Source: Octopus vulgaris (taxonomy: Eukaryota). Taken from it: a stretch of 64,000 nucleotides of DNA. Of this stretch, positions 27,311-40,536 are shown in pieces (within the stretch, counting starts at the first letter, position 1; every line of letters begins with the position of its first letter). Made by a program: the position numbers and the translations under genes. A model generated the notes under the pieces. That model saw only the letters and a program-made list of their open reading frames with translations, ran no database searches and was not told the origin of the DNA. The DNA lies in contig OX597818.1 of assembly GCA_951406725.2 (NCBI GenBank), forward strand, positions 80,104,001 to 80,168,000, written 5' to 3'.

Positions 27311-30220
27311 CAATGAAAAAAAGTCTCAGTGGCTATGGGGATTCATCCATATGCCAGTGAGACAGCGAAAACACAGCTGGACTATATGTTGTACTACATA
27401 TTCAGAATTTCACAATGTCTGAACAGGTCGTTATTGAGAGAACCATCTCTGTTAAGGGCTGGATGTACTTTACGCAGAAGTGACAAGACCTATTTTGCAC
27501 TGAGTTAACATTACATATTGATTTTAAAAAATTGGGATTTACCTTCAAGTTTCCAACATCCATGATTGCTGTCAATATTCTTTCTTCTTAGTGAAAGTAT
27601 TTTAGTTTGGTTTCAATTCCTTGACTCAAAGTTTGAGGCTGGAATGATGAAGTTCTTCTTTGTCTATTGGTCACGATTCTTCATTCTTTTGAAGAGTTTA
27701 TTTCTTTTCTACAAATACTGGATTATCATCATCATCGTTTGATGTCTGTTTTTCAATACTGACATGAGTTGGACGGTTTGACAAGCTGCATGGCTGTGTT
27801 GAGCTCCAATGTCAGCTTTGGCATGGATTCTACAGATGGATGCCCTCCTTAATGCCAACCACTTTACAGCATGTGCTGCATGATTTTATTTCCATGCCAC
27901 TGGTACTAGTGAGTTTACCAAGTAGCTTGCAAGACAAGAAAGGACATGAAAAAGGGAAAAGTCCCTTCAACTAAGAAGGGATGGGGTAGATATTGAAAGG
28001 TGGGAGGTGGTTGTATGCCAGGTGTTGAGAGGCTGAGGTATGACAGAGTGTTATGGTTAAGGTAATGATTATGATGTATAATGCTACTGTCTAATGAGAC
28101 TGAGGAGTTTAACTAATCATCATATCTATGGAACAAAATATATGAGAATCGCCAAAAGTTCTAACATCCTGTATATTCCAGTGAAACACCAATAGTTCTA
28201 AAACTCCATATCTTTCCTGGAATAACAATTTTTAAATGGACCTTCTTTTCTTGTATTCTTTACTTACCAATGAATCACAGTGAGTTCTGATACTGGTTAC
28301 AAATTTTGACACAAGGCCTGACATTTCAGGAGAGAGGGCAAGCTGATTACATTGACCCCAGTGTTCAACTGGTACTTATTTTATTGACCCCAAAAGTTTG
28401 AAAGGCCAAAGTCAACCATAATGAAATTCGAACATCAGAACATAAAGACAGATGAAATCCCACTAAACATTTTGCCTAGCATGCTAATGATTCTGCCAGC
28501 ATATTGCTTTAATGCTATTTAAATAGTGCATTCCAACATTAAACCTTTTTCAATGATTTAACTTTTCTAGAATTCTATATTATTTAACGGTCATCAGAAT
28601 CATTAGAGCATCAGAACAAATTTGTTCTCTCCATCTCAGTTCTGAATTAAAATCCTGTTGAAGTCAACTTGGTTGAACAAGTCTTTTACTTGAACCAATA
28701 AACATCTCCCATAACAGTTGCTTTGTTTAAACAACTAAATTGAGGGATGCACAAGGTTGATACAATAAATGCAATTTATTATGAAATTCTTTTTCTTCTT
28801 AGAAAAATTTTTTTTTCACTACTCATTTAACCAGCAGAAATACATGATTTCATACATTTACAACAAAACCAAATTTCCCTTCATACAGTAGGTTATCCAT
28901 TTTTTCTCATATATTTATTTTCTCCACTAAACTGCTTGCAACAGATTGTTCCTCACAAAAGCACCAACATACCAAAAGGTGATTATATGAGTGATGCATT
29001 AAATTTACTACCCATGAACAGTAATCCCCCTAACAGGCTCCCACAGTTTTCATTCATCAAATTTGATCAAACTGGGGCTGTGGTAGAAAGCAGTTGCCCT
29101 TAGTACTGGATGCAGCTAAAAAAAGTTACATCCTAGGACCATATACTACAGAAGTTTCACAAACCACAATGGCCTCATGATAAATAACCTTTTTATAGGA
29201 ACCCATCTCAGATAAGCCCTGGTTTTATAATGTACTCTTACTCTTCACTCTTTTACTTGTTTCAGTCATTTGACTGTGGCCATGCTGGAGCACCACCTTT
29301 TAGTCGAGCAAATCAACCCCAGGACTTATTCTTTGTAAGCCTAGTACTTATTTTATCAGTCTTTTATGCCAAATCACTAAGTTACTAGGACATAAACACA
29401 CCAGCATCAGTTGTCAAGTGATGTTGGCGGAGACAAACACAGGCACACAAACATATACACACACACATATATATATATACATATATACGACAGGCTTCTT
29501 TCAGTTTCCGTCTACCAAATCCACTCACAAGGCTTTGGTCAGCCCAAGGCTATAGTAGGAGACAATTGCCCAAGGTGCCACGCAGTGGGACTGAACCCGG
29601 AACCATGTGGTTTGTAAGCAAGCTACTTACTACACAGCCACTTCTACAGTGATCCAAGTCAAAACTTTCCTTCAAAATTTCATGTTAATTTATGTTCCAT
29701 ACCACTGGAAATATCAGCTTCACAATGACGAAGTTATTTCACTAAATCCTTCAATAATTTCAAAATTAATTGAAACAAAGTCAGAGTAATTCAACAGAAA
29801 TACAGTAAAAAAGGAGCGAGGTAAAATCCTTGAAGCTACAAGATAATGCATGATTAATTGCAAAACAATTTGAATAAATAAACATTACACTTGACAGAGT
29901 AATCTAAATGCTAAAGGGTTAATAATGATATATTTTACTAAATAATGATATATATATATATATAAAAATAAATGCGCCCTTTTAAAGCCTAACCAGGCTC
30001 ATGGGCCTGGTTTCCCGGTTTCTATGGCGTATGTGTTCCCCAGCTGGGTGGGGTGCCAGTCCATCGCAGCATTACTCATTTTTTGCCAGCTGAGTGGACT
30101 GAAGCAACATGAAATGAAGCGTTTTACTCAAGAACACAACACGTCGCCCAGTCCAGGAATCGAAACCACAATCTTACGATCATGGTGCTGACAACCTAAC
30201 TCCTAAGCCACGCGCCTCCA

Positions 30221-30302
30221 CATATATAAATATATGTATATATATCTATAAATATATATATATGTATATATATTTATATATATATATAAATATACATATA
30301 TT

Positions 30303-30370
<68 letters not shown>

Positions 30371-30386
30371 ATATATATATACATAC

Positions 30387-30417
<31 letters not shown>

Positions 30418-30657
30418 AATATATATATACATACATACATATATATATACATACATACATATATATATAAATACATATATATATATATAAATAAATATAT
30501 ACATACATACATATATATATATATAAATAAATATATACATACATACATATATATATATATAAATAAATATATACATACATACATATATATATATATAAAT
30601 ATATATATACATACATACATATATATATATATATAAATATATATATACATACATACA
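30221..30657. repeat. Long compound (TA)n/(TACA)n microsatellite (similar arrays at 32475-32750, 42740-43026, 60535-60830)
   Basis: Directly visible; source of the YIYI ORFs. Confidence 0.95.
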
Positions 30658-30660
30658 AGA

Positions 30661-30887
30661 AGGCGGCGAGCTGGTAGAAACGTTAGCACGCCGGGCGAAA
30701 TTCGTAGCCGTATTTCGTCTGTCGTTACGTTCCGAGTTCAAATTCCGCCGAGGTCGACTTTGCCTTTCATCCTTTCGGGGTCGATAAATTAAGTACCAGT
30801 TACGCACTGGGGTCGATGTAGTCGACTTAATCCCTTTGTCTGTCCTTGTTTGTCCCCTCTGTGTTTAGCCCCTTGTGGGTAGTAAAG

Positions 30888-30892
<5 letters not shown>
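30661..30892 (+). mobile_element. tRNA-derived SINE family A (Nin/Deu-like core); copies at ~16921-17400, 20170-20700, 23835-24485, 28290-28510, 51640-51905, 59955-60340
   Basis: GGCGAGCTGG..GAGTTCAAATTCC head, core GCCTTTCATCCTTTCGGGGTCGATAAA..AGTACCAG; many dispersed copies. Confidence 0.85.
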
Positions 30893-30938
<46 letters not shown>

Positions 30939-31690
30939 TATATATATATATAAAAGTAAATAAATGGTACAATGAAGTACCTATATTTATATATTTCAAA
31001 TTTCAATGGAAATATGGTGACAAAAGAATTAAGAGTTCTATATACTTTTAAATTTTGCGAGACCTTCAGTTGTAATTTTCAACACGATCCTCTCAGCTTC
31101 ATATAGCTAAGAGCCTCATCAAGGTGCTACACAATAGGATTGAACCACAAACCACCCAATTACAAAGTAAACTTCTTACCCATTCAGCCAAGCTTAATGT
31201 TATTAACAAATAAGAGACTGTACATTTACATGATGTTCATTCTAGGTTTGAGAAAACTAACAATAGTGAACTCCTGTGGCTAAGTATTGTGAATTCACAT
31301 CAGCAGTCACAAAATGAGATATGCCAATTGTTAAATAGTTTAAGAAAACTCTACAAACAAAAATAAGTGGAACAAAGTAAAAGTGAACAAGATATGTGTT
31401 TGCACATATAAATATATTCATGCAAACACACGAGTGAGAGAGAGAAAGCGCAAGAGAGAGAAAGAGATGAATAAACACTTAGAGCAGACATGTGATATCC
31501 TTAAAAATAAACCTATATATTACATGTTATTTTATAATTTATCTGAAAGTTAGTGAAGCATTGTGAAACATGAAATAGTTGTGCAAATATTACATATAAT
31601 TGCCTAATGCAAAAAAGAAAAATAATAATAATAATAAGTCAATAAGTAGTCATGGAGATATCAAATCAGCAACTGCCCAGAATAGAATTA

Positions 31691-31757
<67 letters not shown>

Positions 31758-31782
31758 ATATATATATTTATATATAAATATT

Positions 31783-32295
31783 ATTATGGCTGCCCCCTCG
31801 TTATCGAGTATGGCCATTGCACGAAGCTTAACTGTTACTGGTGCTGTGATCGAATGTGACTTTTTAGCCCAGCCAAAGATCTACAATGCCTTGTACAGAA
31901 TTGACAACTAAAACCTTTACCAGTAATAGCTGGCTGTAGTTGTAACTGGGCTTCATGTACCTTTGCATGTTGTTTAAGTCCTCCTGCTGAATTACACTCT
32001 CTTCCACATGCCTGACAGATATGATTAGTATGGTGTGTAACACCACCACCAGTGGCCAAGTTGTCACTCATCTGTCTCAGTTTATGACTATGAAGATGAC
32101 TCTTGAGTCCAGCTTTACTGAGGCAGGGTCTTGCACAGACACAGCATGTCAGCATCATAGGAAGACCCTTCACATCTGGAAGTGTAACAGCGATGCCCTT
32201 CCTGACATCCCTCCTTACTTTCTCATGTGCAACTCGAGATTTCTCAAAAGTGGCTGTCCCCTCGTGCACAATCCTTCTCCACCTGCTACGATCAT
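31783..32295 (-). mobile_element. RTE-clade LINE 3' end with three C2H2 zinc fingers
   Basis: DRSRWRRIVHEGTATFEKSR followed by CCVCARPCLSKAGLKSHLHSH, CQACGRECNSAGGLKQHAKVH, CQFCTRHCRSLAGLKSHIRSQH; short 3' UTR ending ggcagccataataat. Confidence 0.8.
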
Positions 32296-32526
32296 ATATA
32301 TACAATAAGAGTAGAAATTAATATTATTAAATAATATCAATTTCAACCAGTGGTCAGCATACTTAAAAAATGTCCGAGGTTCGTGAATTATATTTAAATA
32401 TAAATAAGAGAAGAAACCACTATGTAGATCCCTTGTATGCTAAAAATAGACGTCAAACCATACTACCACATACATACAATATATATATATATATATATAT
32501 ATACATAAATATATACATATATATAC

Positions 32527-32559
<33 letters not shown>

Positions 32560-32588
32560 CATATATATACATATATATATATACATAC

Positions 32589-32691
<103 letters not shown>

Positions 32692-32716
32692 CATATATAT
32701 ACATATATATACATAC

Positions 32717-32749
<33 letters not shown>

Positions 32750-32750
32750 C

Positions 32751-33218
32751 AATAAGTGTGTGAGGCTGAGAAGGGACCATGTTGAATAAAACATGTACCT
32801 AAAAACAGGAACTTTTCAACACCCACTCGTATAAAAATACTAACTTGTGGTTAAGCCTACAATTCAATTCTTAGACTTGAATTGTATATATATATATATA
32901 TATACATACATATATATACATATATGTATATATATATATATGTATATATATGTATGTATATATATATATATATACAATTCAAGTCTAAGAATTGAATTGT
33001 AGGCTTAACCACAAGTTAGTATTTTTATACGAGTGGGTGTTGAAAAGTTCCTGTTTTTAGGTACATGTTTTATTCAACATGGTCCCTTCTCAGCCTCACA
33101 CACTTATTATATATATATATTACATATATATTATATATTATATATATATTATACATATATATATATAGAGAGAGAGAGAAAGATAAATATACATATGTAT
33201 ATACATATAAATATATAC

Positions 33219-33257
<39 letters not shown>

Positions 33258-33572
33258 TGTGTGTGAATATAGATTTATTTTTCCAAATGAGTATAGCTGT
33301 TTCATAACCTTCATTATGCAGTAGTGTTAATTTTGATCAACAAAGTTATACAAACATGTTTACATCAATATATATGCTCGGTATTATGCAATATAATTGT
33401 AAATTTACAAATTAATGCAAATAAAGCTAGTTCATTTACAATTCAAGTCTAAGAATTGAATTGTAGGCTTAACCACAAGTTAGTATTTTTATACGAGTGG
33501 GTGTTGAAAAGTTCCTGTTTTTAGGTACATGTTTTATTCAACATGGTCCCTTCTCAGCCTCACACACTTATT
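32751..33572. repeat. 136-bp segment present three times (inverted 32751-32886, direct 32973-33108, source 33437-33572)
   Basis: Copies appear identical; the first two are embedded in (TA)n. Confidence 0.9.
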
Positions 33573-33682
33573 GCAGCAGTACTTCACTTTTTCTAAGCCC
33601 TGTAAAAGAACTCCGAAGGTTGAGCCTCCAACCAGGCTTTTCATGGAGTCCTTAAAGCCAGGAACTCTTCAGCACCCCCTCA
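33494..33682. mobile_element. Mariner-type MITE
   Basis: ta-CGAGTGGGTGTTGAAAAGTTCCT ... AGGAACTCTTCAGCACCCCCTCA-ta. Confidence 0.75.
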
Positions 33683-34246
33683 TAACATTGTATAATGCTG
33701 AGCTTGGATACTGACATAAATATATGTGCATAATCTTGCATACTGAAAACAATAATGCTTATGAAGGTTATGAAACAGCTGTAGGCATATAGAAGTCATA
33801 TGGAAAAATAAACCTATATTCACCTCTCACACTTCCTGACGTTATGCTTTATTCACTCTTGACAAAAAATGTATTGCTTGAATTACCTGGATTTTTGGTT
33901 ACATAGACACATTACACTACATAGTAATTGAATGCTACATAAACTGATAGCCAGTTCTGAATGAGGAGCTTACTGTGAATACCAATTGATTCTCTGCATT
34001 TCTAATCATTTTCTGTTGTATCTGGGGAGAGTCATTTTCTTTTTGTGCCTTATAATTTAACACACTCACTGGTAAAATTTACACTTCTTTCTTTTATCTT
34101 TTTTTATTTTCCTAAAATTTTCTTTGCGTCTTGCAACCTTTTCAATAGTCTTGACTCTGTCCATTATTTACACTGCGCTCTTTTTTTGTTTGTTTGTGCG
34201 CATGTGTGTGGGTCAGTGTGTGTGTGTGTGCCTATGCATGCATGCA

Positions 34247-34630
34247 TCTCTCTCTATATAAACGGCAGTTTGTCTGTGCGTTTTCTGTGTGTCTGTTTTC
34301 TCGTACCCTCACTCTGACCACGGCTTTCAACCGATTCTGATGAAACTTGACCCACACATAGCCCAATGTCATAATTCAAAACTAACGCAGCGAAAATTTT
34401 GAAAAGTTCCCCCAGTTCTGAAAAAAATCGATAAATTCGACATGGGGTCGAGAATGAGAAACCCAAACCACAGACCGTCTAGGGGACGCAACTCCACCTG
34501 TTTTAACTCTCAAAAAAAATTTACCATCATTTTTTTTCCATTTTTTTGCTATTTTTTGGCTATAACTCTCTAAAAATGCTTTATAGTTATTTCCCTTACA
34601 AACCTGAGCAACGCCGGGCGATACTGCTAG
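34247..34630 (+). mobile_element. Short non-autonomous Helitron related to the 8337-9180 element
   Basis: A|TCTC..TATATATAAA start; 3' cctgagcaacgccgggc hairpin then CTAG|T; shares internal tttaccatcattttttt..ccatttt. Confidence 0.85.
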
Positions 34631-35398
34631 TGTATGTATATATGTGTGTATGCATATGTATACATGTATGTGTGTGCATCTGTATGTATGTATCCTGCAT
34701 ATTCATGTGCTTGCATGTCCGTGTTTGTATGTATCGATGTGCATTTCCATATGTGTGGACACTTGTCTCCTTATGTGTCCTTGTGTGAAGTAAAGTGTGT
34801 GTGGCTATATGGTCATGTGCTTCAGTCTCCATTTGCATATGTGTGCTTGTCTGTTCATATAACCTATGTATCTATCCCTCTGTATGTTGATCTGTTTGAT
34901 CAATTTGTTTTATGTTTTAGTTATCAAGACATTGTATTAAATTTACTGCCTCAGATCTAAATTAGCTCAGTTTGTTAATGTTAACTTTGAAACATGAATA
35001 AACAGGTAATCTTTAGCAAAGATGGATTGTAGACTTAATCTGCTTAACACCTCACCACCACCACCAACATTACCTGGTTTTGGGAGTACCTTTAACAGAG
35101 ACCCTTTGTTGCAAATGTTCAAGCAAAGTCTCTGGTTTGAGGATAACTTTCTTCTGCCTCCCACCCACCTGTTTCAAAAATCCTTAGCATTAAAAGATAT
35201 TTTTTTTTAGTTTTTAATTCAATAATTATTGAAAGATATTACCTTTATTTGAGATAGGGTTATTGTTTAACTAATTCTGAATAAATAATATTTTACTTTT
35301 TAATAGGGGTTTGCATTTTGTTTTTTTAGAGAGAAAGAATGTGTGAGTGAACGACAGGACATATGTGTCTATGTATCATGTGTATGAATATGCATGCA

Positions 35399-35434
<36 letters not shown>

Positions 35435-36085
35435 ATGTGTGTGTGTGTGTGTGTATGTGTGTGCATGTGTGTGTGTATGTGTGTGTGTGTGCATGTGTGT
35501 GTGAATGTATGTCTGTGCCTGTGTCTATCTGCTTGTGTGAATGTACCTGGGTTTCAAAATTAATTGAAACAAAGATACTGTATTTCATTAGAAATATAGT
35601 ACTGAAAGGGTTAAATGGCTAATGAAGTAATGAATTATATATTGGTATTCACAGTAAGCTCTTCATTCAGAACTGGCTATCGGTTTATGTAACAATCAAT
35701 TACCATGTAGTGTAATGTGTCCATGTAACCAAATATCCAGGTAATTCAAACAATATGCATGATTAATTTAAAGCAATGTGAATAAGCATTACATTTAACA
35801 AAGAAATCTCAGATTAAGTCACTCACTGGACGAGTACAACTCCAAGGTTTGAAACCATTTAGCATTCATTCTACAGTGACATGTTACTACCAAAGTCTGT
35901 TAAATTGGTACTTACTAAAGAGGTTCCAGAGTAAATGCCAATTCTAAATAGACTTCACAAAGATCAAAATGACCGTGGTGTATATTTCCTATGGCATCAA
36001 ACAGGAAAATGTTATATCATCTTGAAACCCAAAACAGAAACAATTTTTAAAATTAACAATCAAGATGGCACAATTTCCAATTACG

Positions 36086-36620
36086 AATTTACTCAAATAC
36101 AAAGAATCTTGCCTCTCACAATATAGAAACATTTCTCATGGCACCAGCAGACAAGAACGACCACTCTGACTCATGGGACTTGCACTTGCAGACAGCAATC
36201 TCTGTTCCAATAGTTGTGAGCAGGGATATGGTCCAGGGACCAAGGATGCTGGAGGTCTCAACTGCCACAGGTTCAACCATAAACCTGTCAGAGAGTGGAC
36301 CATATTGCTGCTCACTGCTATAAAGGTAGAGATTGCTTTCCACAGGTGTGAGCCCCACAAGTCAAAGTGGTTGTTCCCAATAATGGTGAGCAAGGATATG
36401 GTCCAGGGACCAAGGCAGTGGAGGTCTTAACTACCACAGGCTCAACCATAAACCTGTCAGATAGTAGACCATATTACTGCTCGCCACTATTGGAGAAAAG
36501 ATTGTTATCCACAAGTGTCTGCTATCCTCCAGGGCAACACCTTTTCTATTTTGTCTGCTGGTGCCATGAGAACTGTTTCTATATTGTGAGAGGCAAGATT
36601 CCTCGTATTTGAATAAAAAT
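36086..36620. mobile_element. Foldback element: ~75-bp terminal inverted repeats around two 170-bp self-complementary tandem units
   Basis: 36086-36160 inverted at 36545-36620; units aligned at GTGAGCA 36216 and 36386. Confidence 0.8.
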
Positions 36621-37926
36621 TTATTCAACCTGCTAAAAATAACAATCAAATCTTCCCCCAAACCATGCCCTACTGTCATAACAGAGGATACATAAGATGA
36701 TGTAGTCTGGGATACATTACATCCAAGGAAAGCAAAGACAGATCATAGATAACATACCTTTGCTTATAAACCAGCTAAATCTGAGCCGCTTTGGGCCAAA
36801 CACCAACAAACAGGATCATGTTCACGATGACTAACATTTAGTTCAAGATATATTGAGAAAAAGAAGAGGAAGCCTATTGTGTATCTATAAGAAACCAAAT
36901 GTTTAATCTTTAATCTTTAGTCTGCCATAACACTTTAGCATTTAAACCAACCACATCAAACCTAAATATTCTACCCATTTTATGTTAAAACTGACTAGAT
37001 CTGGACTTTCACACCTACCATACAATGTCATTCTAAGAATATAGTCATATCATCAAAATCTTGAAGCTACAAGATAATGCACGATTAATTTAAAACAATG
37101 TGAATAAATAAGCATTACATTTAACAAAGGAATCTGAATGCTAAAGGTCAAGCCTACAGGATCATAAGACTAGGGCTTATCCAGATTTTCAAAGTGCTTA
37201 TGAGACTGAGAGTGTAAAACTACTCCCAAAACAAGAAACCAGATCATAACAGGATTAAGTGTCCCTTATACTCATTTTCAGCCGAGTGGACTGGAATAAT
37301 GTAAAATCAAATACTGTGCTTAAAAACGTTATGCACCACTAGTTTACTACTAAGTCTATAATGAAATAGATACCTTGTGGGTGTAACCAGTTGTTTAGTA
37401 TTTTCTAACCTAAATTGTTAATTTGCAGAGGTACTGTAACAGCTGCATATTACTAGCCTAAGTAGCTAACATGTAAAGGTCACCAGCATTGTTGTGCATT
37501 TCTAATATAGCTCACTTGCAGAAGTCACCAGTGTTGTTGTGTGGTGGATTATTGTGGCTACATGCCTTAACTAAATCAATGTCGTTGTTGTCGTCAGCAT
37601 TTTAATGTCTAGTTTCTGTATACATGTATGGATCAGAGCAATTTGCCATGGCAAATATTCTATTGGTGGATACCCTTCCTGTTGCCAAACTTCACCTGTT
37701 TCCAAACAATGTAATATTTTCCCATGGCCAGACATACTTTTCACGGAAGACTTGAAATTAACAGCACTGTGGTGGTGTTTATTTACAACCAACAGGTGAT
37801 ATCAAGACAAGGGTGCACAGGAACACACGCAAACATATATATAGCTGAAATTTACATATATATAGATGAAGACAGGTGTATGAACAACAAGCAGGTGGAA
37901 ATATGAATAAGTCTTTTACATTTCAA

Positions 37927-37962
<36 letters not shown>

Positions 37963-38214
37963 GCCATGATAGATCGTTAGCTACTACACACATTCTTTTT
38001 CTCTCCTTTTTTCTTTCCTTTTTTTCTCTCTTTGTTTTTTTTGTGTACCTTTCTGTAAAAGAGCGTAGGCTCGAAACGTAAAAGACTTTTTCTATTCCTG
38101 AGCGCTATAGTAATACATCTGTTTGTTTGTACACCACCTGCCTTCGTCTTTTGTTTATTTTCGTAAACTTTCCCTATATATATATATATGTATGTATGTA
38201 TGTATGTATGCATG

Positions 38215-38267
<53 letters not shown>

Positions 38268-38593
38268 ATATAAATAATATATATATATGCATATATACAT
38301 ACATACATGTACATACCTACATATATATGTATATACACATGCATACATGGGTACAGGGCATCAAAAAAACCTGAACAAAATGAGAAACGAGAACATAAAA
38401 AACAAAAACATGGAAAACTAACTTTTTTTTGAACAACGAAAGAAACAAATAGAGAAACGATACAGGCAACATAAAGAACATTTCCTTCTGTTCGAAATAA
38501 AAGTTCGTTTTCCATGATTTTGTTTTTTAATGTTCTCGTTTCTCATTTTGCTCATGTTTTTTTGACGTCCTGTACCCATATATGCATGTGTGT

Positions 38594-38647
<54 letters not shown>

Positions 38648-38689
38648 ATGTGTGTGTGTAGGTATGTATATATATGTATGTAAATATGC

Positions 38690-38739
<50 letters not shown>

Positions 38740-39106
38740 TATATCATTATATGACCGAATACCACATATCCATTTCCAAGTAAATATTTCGTGCTGGTGG
38801 CACGTAAAATACACCAATCCGACCGTGGCCATTGCCAGCCTCGCCTGGCACCTGTGCAGGTGGCACGTAAAAAGCACCCACTACACTCACGGAGTGGTTG
38901 GCGTTAGGAAGGGCATCCAGCTGTAGAAACATTGCCAGATAAGACTGGAGCCTGGTGCAGCCTTCTGGCTTCCCAGGTCCCCGGTCGAACCGTCCAACCC
39001 ATGCTAGCATGGAGAACGGACGTTAAACGATGATGATGATGATATTTATATATATTCAGTTGTCAAATAAACTGGATTTTTCCATTTATCTTAATCCTTT
39101 CCAATG

Positions 39107-39700
39107 TTAATTGCATGTCATTCTTGAGATTATGTCACCTTCTGCCCAGCAGATGTTGGGGAAGTTGAAGTCACCAATGCATTGATCTAGTTTCGTTAGG
39201 ACTTCTTTCATCAATGTTAGTCTTTCCTGAAATATACCGTCTTGATTTGTGACGACAGGTGGGTGAAATAATGTGCATATTACCACATCAAGTTGCTTTA
39301 AATGCACTATGATTGTATCACAGATTGAGTTTGAATAAGGCAACAGGGTTAGCGGTGTGATATCTTCACAGATGTACAGAAAAACTCCACCGTAACTTCT
39401 TTCTCTTCTGCCTGTATAAAACACAGCGGACATTGGTATGTGTATCTCCGCATCATTTATATCTGCAGACAGATGTGTCTCCATAAGTGCAATGCATGTT
39501 GCTTGACTGTAGGCAGAAAGATCACTCAGGTTCATAAGTTTGCATCTACTGTTATTTAATAGGAGACCACTGATATTTATCAAAAGAATTGGTGTCATAG
39601 TCAGCTTGGTGGCAAAGGTGCTCACACTAAGTCTATTATTCAAGGTGGTCTTGCGTTGCAACCATCCCAGCTGCTGCATTATATTTTTGTGCCAAACTTC
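39107..39700 (-). mobile_element. LINE apurinic-like endonuclease (APE) fragment
   Basis: LINISGL..IALMETHL..GGVFLYI..ICTLFHPP..GDFNFPNICW. Confidence 0.85.
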
Positions 39701-39717
39701 AAAAATTCTGCCGCATT

Positions 39718-39782
<65 letters not shown>

Positions 39783-39784
39783 TA

Positions 39785-40415
39785 TATTTGGTATAAAATA
39801 ATAATAATGAAATTATTGTATACAGTGCTCAGGTGCACCACAACTTGTCAGAAAGTGCATATAAAGTACATGCAGTAATGTAGAAATGTCTGGAAAGCGA
39901 ACAATGTATTAGTCAGATACATGCTTGTGTGTGTATGGAGGGGAGAAAATCAAGTGTAGTGTTGGCGAATCTCAGGAAGCATGGAAGTTTTGAAGGATGC
40001 AGTGCTCCGACAACTAACAACCGATGCCGGCAGTTTGTTCCAGGCTTCAGCAACTCTTAGCGTGAAAAAATGTTTCCTGAAGTCATGGGAGCTGTGCTGT
40101 TTTCTTACTTTGTAAATATGTCCATGGGTGTTAGATGGGTGGAGTTTGAAGAGGTGCTCAGAGTTATTGTTTGTGCGATGGTTGATAATTTTATGGGTGT
40201 CTGCCAAGTCAGCTGCCAGACGTCGGAGTTTCAATGTGTCCATGCCCAGGGAAGTAAGGCATTCAGGATATGGTAAATGCCTGATGGAGGGTATTCTTTT
40301 GGTTGCACGTCGCTGAACAGCTTCCAGACGATTGATGTCCTGGGCAAGATAGGGGTTCCAGACCGGTGATGCAAATTCCAGGTGAGGTCTTACCATAGCT
40401 ATATAAAGGCTAGCA
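39785..40415 (-). mobile_element. CR1/L2-group LINE RT C-terminus and 3' UTR
   Basis: LYIAMVRPHLEFASPVWNPYLAQDINRLEAVQRRATKRIP..LRRLAADL..HFFTLRVAEAWNKLP; tail (AAT)n before (TA)n. Confidence 0.9.
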
Positions 40416-40444
40416 CAGAAGGTGGACGTTAAACAATTATGATG

Positions 40445-40475
<31 letters not shown>

Positions 40476-40503
40476 TTATACATATATATATACATATATA
40501 TAT

Positions 40504-40536
<33 letters not shown>

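Noticed and set aside
27543-27710. Possible minus-strand exon (tttgtag...AAG|gtaaat)
   Set aside because: Stops in all three frames.
30246-30807. Long YIYI/CVCV/HTHT ORFs here and at 32.4, 38, 42.6 and 60.5 kb
   Set aside because: Translations of dinucleotide microsatellites.
31835-32305. Host C2H2 zinc-finger gene exon
   Set aside because: Preceded by the RTE motif DRSRWR, lacks TGEKP linkers, and is truncated at (TA)n.
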